From Candidatus Omnitrophota bacterium (GTDB lineage Bacteria > Omnitrophota > Gorgyraeia > 2-01-FULL-45-10): a stretch of DNA of 64,000 nucleotides. The stretch is from contig JAQUQN010000002.1 of assembly GCA_028716065.1 (NCBI GenBank), positions 6,485 through 70,484 of the forward strand, read 5' to 3'. Both the position numbers and the translations under genes were made by a program. How positions within the stretch are numbered: position 1 is the first letter of the stretch; each line of letters opens with the position of its first letter. The notes under the pieces were generated by a model. That model saw only the letters and a program-made list of their open reading frames with translations, was not told the DNA's origin and did not search any database. This document shows positions 59,955-64,000 of this stretch, in pieces.

Positions 59955-61745
59955 ATGAATAGCGAATACGACATAATAATAATAGGCTCAGGCCATGCCG
60001 GCTGTGAAGCCAGCCTTGCTTCATCGAGGCTGGGCTGCAAGACCCTGCTCATTACTATGAGCATAGATAAGATCGGCTTCATGTCCTGTAACCCGGCCGT
60101 GGGAGGCCTGGCAAAGGGCCAGCTGGTCAAGGAGATAGACGCGCTCGGCGGCCAGATGGCCAAGGCAACCGATGTGTCGTGCATCCAACTGAGATTGTTG
60201 AACACGCGCAAAGGCCCTGCGGTAAGATCCACGAGGGCGCAGGTAGACAGGCAGATATATAAAACATACATGACCTCCATAGTAGAAACGCAGCCAAATC
60301 TCTCTGTGAAGGAAGGGCTTGTCGAGAAGATCCTTGTCGAAAACAACGTCGCCAAAGGCGTAGTGACCTCTCTGAACGAGGAATATTTCGCAAAGGCCGT
60401 GATAATAACACCCGGTACATTTTTGAACGGCCTCATACACATAGGTCTGGAACATCATGCCGGCGGCAGAATAGGGGAGAGGCACTCCGAGAGATTGGCC
60501 GCAGATCTAAGGAAGCTCGGATTTAAAATGGGGCGTCTCAAGACAGGCACATGCGCGCGGATCGACGGCCGGACGATAAATTTTGAAAAGCTCACTGCAC
60601 AATATGGCGATAAAGAAATGCCTCCATTCTCATTCCAGACGGTAAGAAGGCAGGAAAAGGAACTACCCTGCTATATAACCTACACCAATGAAAGAACCCA
60701 CGATATCATCAGGGCCAATCTAAACAGGTCCCCATTATTCACTGGTATCATAAAAGGGACCGGCGTGCGGTATTGTCCTTCGATAGAAGATAAGATATAC
60801 CGCTTCCCGCAGCGTGACAGGCATCATATATTCCTTGAGCCCGAGGGCCTTAATACCATAGAGTATTACCCGAATGGAATATCTACCAGCCTGCCCGTAG
60901 ATGTGCAGGTGAAGATGATAAACTCCATAGAGGGCCTCGAAAACGCCAGGATAACACGGCCGGGATACGGGATAGAATATGATTTCGTCGATCCTACACA
61001 ACTCTATCCCACGCTGGAGACGAAATCCATTAAAGGCCTATACATGGCCGGCCAGATCAACGGAACCACCGGCTACGAAGAGGCGGCCGCACTTGGCCTC
61101 ATGGCAGGCATAAACGCCGCATTATCGATAAAGGGTAAAAGGCCTCTCGTACTCGACCGTTCTCAAGCCTACATAGGAGTTCTCATAGATGACCTGGTTA
61201 CAAAGGGCACTGCAGAACCATACAGGATGTTCACTTCAAGGGTGGAATACCGTCTTTTACTGCGCGAGGACAACGCTGATTGGCGGCTTACGCCGATAGG
61301 CTTCGAGATAGGCCTGATAGGGGACCAGAGGCACAGGGCCGTTTTAATGAAAAGAGAGAATATCGAGAGAGAGTTGCGCAAGTTAAGAGAGCGGGGCTTT
61401 GAGAAGATCCTCAGGCGGCCGGGCGTAACATATAAAACATTAGGTTACACAGAAGCCGATCCCGCGCTTACAAGGGAAGAGATAGCTGAATTGGAGATAG
61501 AGATAAAATATGAGGGCTTTGTAAAAAGGCAGCTTAATGACATAGGGCGTTTTAAAAAGATTGAAAAGATACGGATCCCGGAAATCATGGACTACGCAAA
61601 AGTGCACGGCCTATCCTCTGAAGTAAGGGAGAAACTCTCCGGCATCAAGCCTATCAATCTGGGACAGGCATCGCGGATCTCCGGAGTCACACCTGCGGCC
61701 ATATCCATATTGATGGTATATCTGGAGAAGTACAGAAGAAGTTAG
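59955..61745 (+). CDS. mnmG: tRNA uridine 5-carboxymethylaminomethyl modification enzyme
   Basis: Start taken at MNSEYDIIIIGSGHAGCEA (FAD fold). The listed 59910 GTG start lies inside the upstream repeat element. Confidence 0.95.
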   Translation: MNSEYDIIIIGSGHAGCEASLASSRLGCKTLLITMSIDKIGFMSCNPAVGGLAKGQLVKEIDALGGQMAKATDVSCIQLRLLNTRKGPAVRSTRAQVDRQIYKTYMTSIVETQPNLSVKEGLVEKILVENNVAKGVVTSLNEEYFAKAVIITPGTFLNGLIHIGLEHHAGGRIGERHSERLAADLRKLGFKMGRLKTGTCARIDGRTINFEKLTAQYGDKEMPPFSFQTVRRQEKELPCYITYTNERTHDIIRANLNRSPLFTGIIKGTGVRYCPSIEDKIYRFPQRDRHHIFLEPEGLNTIEYYPNGISTSLPVDVQVKMINSIEGLENARITRPGYGIEYDFVDPTQLYPTLETKSIKGLYMAGQINGTTGYEEAAALGLMAGINAALSIKGKRPLVLDRSQAYIGVLIDDLVTKGTAEPYRMFTSRVEYRLLLREDNADWRLTPIGFEIGLIGDQRHRAVLMKRENIERELRKLRERGFEKILRRPGVTYKTLGYTEADPALTREEIAELEIEIKYEGFVKRQLNDIGRFKKIEKIRIPEIMDYAKVHGLSSEVREKLSGIKPINLGQASRISGVTPAAISILMVYLEKYRRS

Positions 61746-61757
61746 GGGTGTGGAGTT

Positions 61758-62669
61758 ATGGGCTTGGAGTACAATGATTATAATACCTACCTTAAAACAA
61801 AATACGGATGCAAGGTCTACAGGATCGGGATTGATGCCGGCTTCTCCTGTCCGAACCGGGACAGAGTGAAAGGTGCCGGCGGATGCATCTATTGTAACAA
61901 GGAAGGCTCGAGGGCGCCCTACGCGAATCCAAATGAGGGTGTTTCAGAACAACTCGCAACGAGAATAAATTATCTAAAAGAGAAACGGGACGCCAAAAAA
62001 TTCATAGCATATTTTCAGGCGTTCACGAACACGTACGCCCCTCCCGCCAAATTAAAAAACATTTATGACGCGGTCCTGCCTTTTGAGGAAATCGTCGGCA
62101 TCTCCATAGGGACCCGGCCTGACGCCATAGATGAAGAGAAGCTAAAAGTGATATCGTCATATAAGAATGACTACGAAGTGTGGATAGAATATGGGCTGCA
62201 ATCCATTCATGATAAGACACTAAAGGCGCTGAAGAGGGGACATGACTTTAACGCCTTTCTTACCGCCTTAAAGATGACGAAGAGATTCGATATACCCGTA
62301 TCTGTCCACGTGATTTTGGGCCTACAGAACGAAACAAAAGAGGACATGTTGGAGACGGCCCGAAAATTAAGCGATCTAAGGATTAATGGCGTGAAGATCC
62401 ATCTTCTGCATATATTGAGAGGAAGTACCCTGGAAAGATTATATATGGAAGGCAAGGTAAAAATTCTCGAACAGGATGAATACGTCGAACTCGTCTGTGA
62501 CTTTCTGGAGCATATTGATAAAAGTATAATAGTCCAGCGGCTCACGGGCGAGGGGACGCGCCAGAATCACATTGCGCCCGCCTGGGCGCTTGATAAAATT
62601 GGTACGATAACTAAAATAGAGGCTACTTTAAAAAAGAGAGGAACGAGGCAGGGGTGTAGATGCGGATAA
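61758..62669 (+). CDS. TIGR01212-family radical SAM protein
   Basis: GFSCPNRD...GGCIYC cluster context, about 300 aa. Confidence 0.85.
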   Translation: MGLEYNDYNTYLKTKYGCKVYRIGIDAGFSCPNRDRVKGAGGCIYCNKEGSRAPYANPNEGVSEQLATRINYLKEKRDAKKFIAYFQAFTNTYAPPAKLKNIYDAVLPFEEIVGISIGTRPDAIDEEKLKVISSYKNDYEVWIEYGLQSIHDKTLKALKRGHDFNAFLTALKMTKRFDIPVSVHVILGLQNETKEDMLETARKLSDLRINGVKIHLLHILRGSTLERLYMEGKVKILEQDEYVELVCDFLEHIDKSIIVQRLTGEGTRQNHIAPAWALDKIGTITKIEATLKKRGTRQGCRCG

Positions 62670-62671
62670 AA

Positions 62672-63919
62672 TCAGATCTTGTTTCCATCTTTGACGAGGC
62701 CGTTCTTCGGAATTATAACGATGCCGTCTCTTATGAAGTAGCCCTGGCCGTCAAAATTTTTTAAATTCTTCAGATTTTTTATGATAACGTTCTTCCCGAT
62801 CCTGGCATTCTTATCGACTATGGCCGTATCGATCACCGTGCCATCCCCGATACCCAGTTTTATACTGCTCTTAACCGATCCTTCCTCGTAATAATCGGCG
62901 CCCATCACTATCGCCCTATTCACTTTACAGCCGTTTCCTATCATGGTCCTGAGCCCGATTATTGAGTTCTTTATGTCGGCATCCTTTATCACGGAACCTT
63001 CCGCGATTATAGAACGTGCTATGTTGCCATCCAGGAGGCAGGCAGGGGGGAGGAAGCGGGGCCTGCTGAATATAGCACCTCCATAAAAGAAGGAGAAATG
63101 GGGCTTGTAAGCCGCCAGTTCCATGTTAGCCTCATAGAAGGACTTTATAGTACCTATATCCCGCCAGTATCCATTAAACGGGTAAGCGAATGCCTTGAAG
63201 GTCTTGATGGAGTGGGGTATGATCTCATGCCCGAAATCCACGTCATTACCCTCCAGGACATTGGTCAGGACCCGGGCATTAAAGATGTAAACGCCCATGG
63301 AAGCCATGTAAGAGCCCTGCCTCCGAAAACCCTTTATCTCCGACATCTTCTTGGGTTTTTCTTTAAAACCTATTATTCTGTTATTTTTCGATAATTTCAA
63401 GATGCCAAATTCCTTTACCTCATATTCTTTTATGGGTATTACCGAAACCGTGATGTCCGCGCCCGTCCTTCTATGATAAGAGACTATCTCCCTGTAATCC
63501 ATGTTGTAAAGATGATCTCCCGAGAGTATAAGTATCTCTTCGTTGCCCTTCAGATTTAAATGGGCCATGCTCTTCCTGACGGCATCGGCAGTCCCTTCAT
63601 ACCAATCTGTATGTTCAAGCGTCTGTTCCGCAGCCAGTATCCTGACAAAGGCCCTCGAAAAATAATCAAAGCGGTAGGTATTGTTTATATGATTATTGAG
63701 CGATTCTGAATTGAACTGGGTAAGGACGTAGATATCTTTTATGCCTGAACGGAGACAATGGCTGATGGGGATATCGATGAGGCGGTATTTTCCGCCTATG
63801 GGGACCGCGGGCTTGGAACGGTATTCTGTAAGAGGGAAGAGCCTCTTGCCCTGACCGCCGCCCAGAATGAGGGATATGGTCTTTTTCATATTCGTGCTAA
63901 GTATACCATATTTTTTCAC
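62672..63919 (-). CDS. glgC: Glucose-1-phosphate adenylyltransferase
   Basis: LILGGGQGKRLFPLTEYRSKPAVPIGGKYRLIDIP N-terminal signature and a left-handed beta-helix C-terminus. Confidence 0.9.
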   Translation of the reverse strand: MKKYGILSTNMKKTISLILGGGQGKRLFPLTEYRSKPAVPIGGKYRLIDIPISHCLRSGIKDIYVLTQFNSESLNNHINNTYRFDYFSRAFVRILAAEQTLEHTDWYEGTADAVRKSMAHLNLKGNEEILILSGDHLYNMDYREIVSYHRRTGADITVSVIPIKEYEVKEFGILKLSKNNRIIGFKEKPKKMSEIKGFRRQGSYMASMGVYIFNARVLTNVLEGNDVDFGHEIIPHSIKTFKAFAYPFNGYWRDIGTIKSFYEANMELAAYKPHFSFFYGGAIFSRPRFLPPACLLDGNIARSIIAEGSVIKDADIKNSIIGLRTMIGNGCKVNRAIVMGADYYEEGSVKSSIKLGIGDGTVIDTAIVDKNARIGKNVIIKNLKNLKNFDGQGYFIRDGIVIIPKNGLVKDGNKI

Positions 63920-63940
63920 AAAAACAAAATTTTATATTCC

Positions 63941-63969
63941 TTGACACTGCGATGTCAGGCACTTATAAT
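63941..63969 (+). promoter_or_regulatory. Sigma70-type promoter (TTGACA-N17-TATAAT) reading out of the window
   Basis: Perfect consensus hexamers. The -35 is part of the inverted repeat TGACA-N6-TGTCA. Divergent from glgC. Confidence 0.55.
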
Positions 63970-64000
63970 TGTCGTAAATATCGTAAAAAGAGAGGTCAAT

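Overview
This 64-kb chromosomal window carries about 61 protein genes, almost all on the + strand. I found no rRNA, tRNA, CRISPR array or transposase. Gene content (NfnAB, a rubrerythrin-like protein, DUF362/4Fe-4S proteins, radical-SAM enzymes, five PilZ receptors, a TIGR04073 exosortase-associated protein) suggests an anaerobic, probably uncultivated bacterium. Taxonomy cannot be assigned from sequence alone.

The core (about 12.5-56.5 kb) is a nitrogen and glutamine hub:
- Assimilation genes: porin-amtB-glnK, glnA, a Fis-like mini-HTH coupled to gltBD, nfnAB-gdhA, and an FMN-only GltB-like protein.
- Most of the cell's glutamine amidotransferases: nadE, pyrG, two carA/carB sets, purF, guaA, purL/purQ.
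- Two paralogous GAF-ANTAR proteins.

Main second-look items:
1. The nitrogen transcription units start with near-consensus TTGACA-N16/17-TAnAnT promoters (or a conserved 41-nt box) followed by one to three intrinsic terminators before the start codon. Several terminators reuse the same 5'-arm words. Together with the GAF-ANTAR pair this looks like an undescribed antitermination regulon.
2. The carA next to full-length carB has lost its whole catalytic triad (Cys to Ser, His to Tyr, Glu to Val). An intact carA is instead coupled to a clean N-terminal half-size carB.
3. A ParA/MinD ATPase is fused to a CBM48 (AMPK-beta type) glycogen-binding domain.
4. A roughly 150-nt, about 97% identical structured repeat occurs three times, with a tandemly duplicated palindromic unit in one copy.
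5. A 73-nt three-way-junction structure lies in the mnmG leader.

All calls come from reading the ORF track and the raw sequence. No database search was run. Hand-indexed coordinates of non-coding elements may be off by 1-2 nt, especially at 59.6-60.0 kb.
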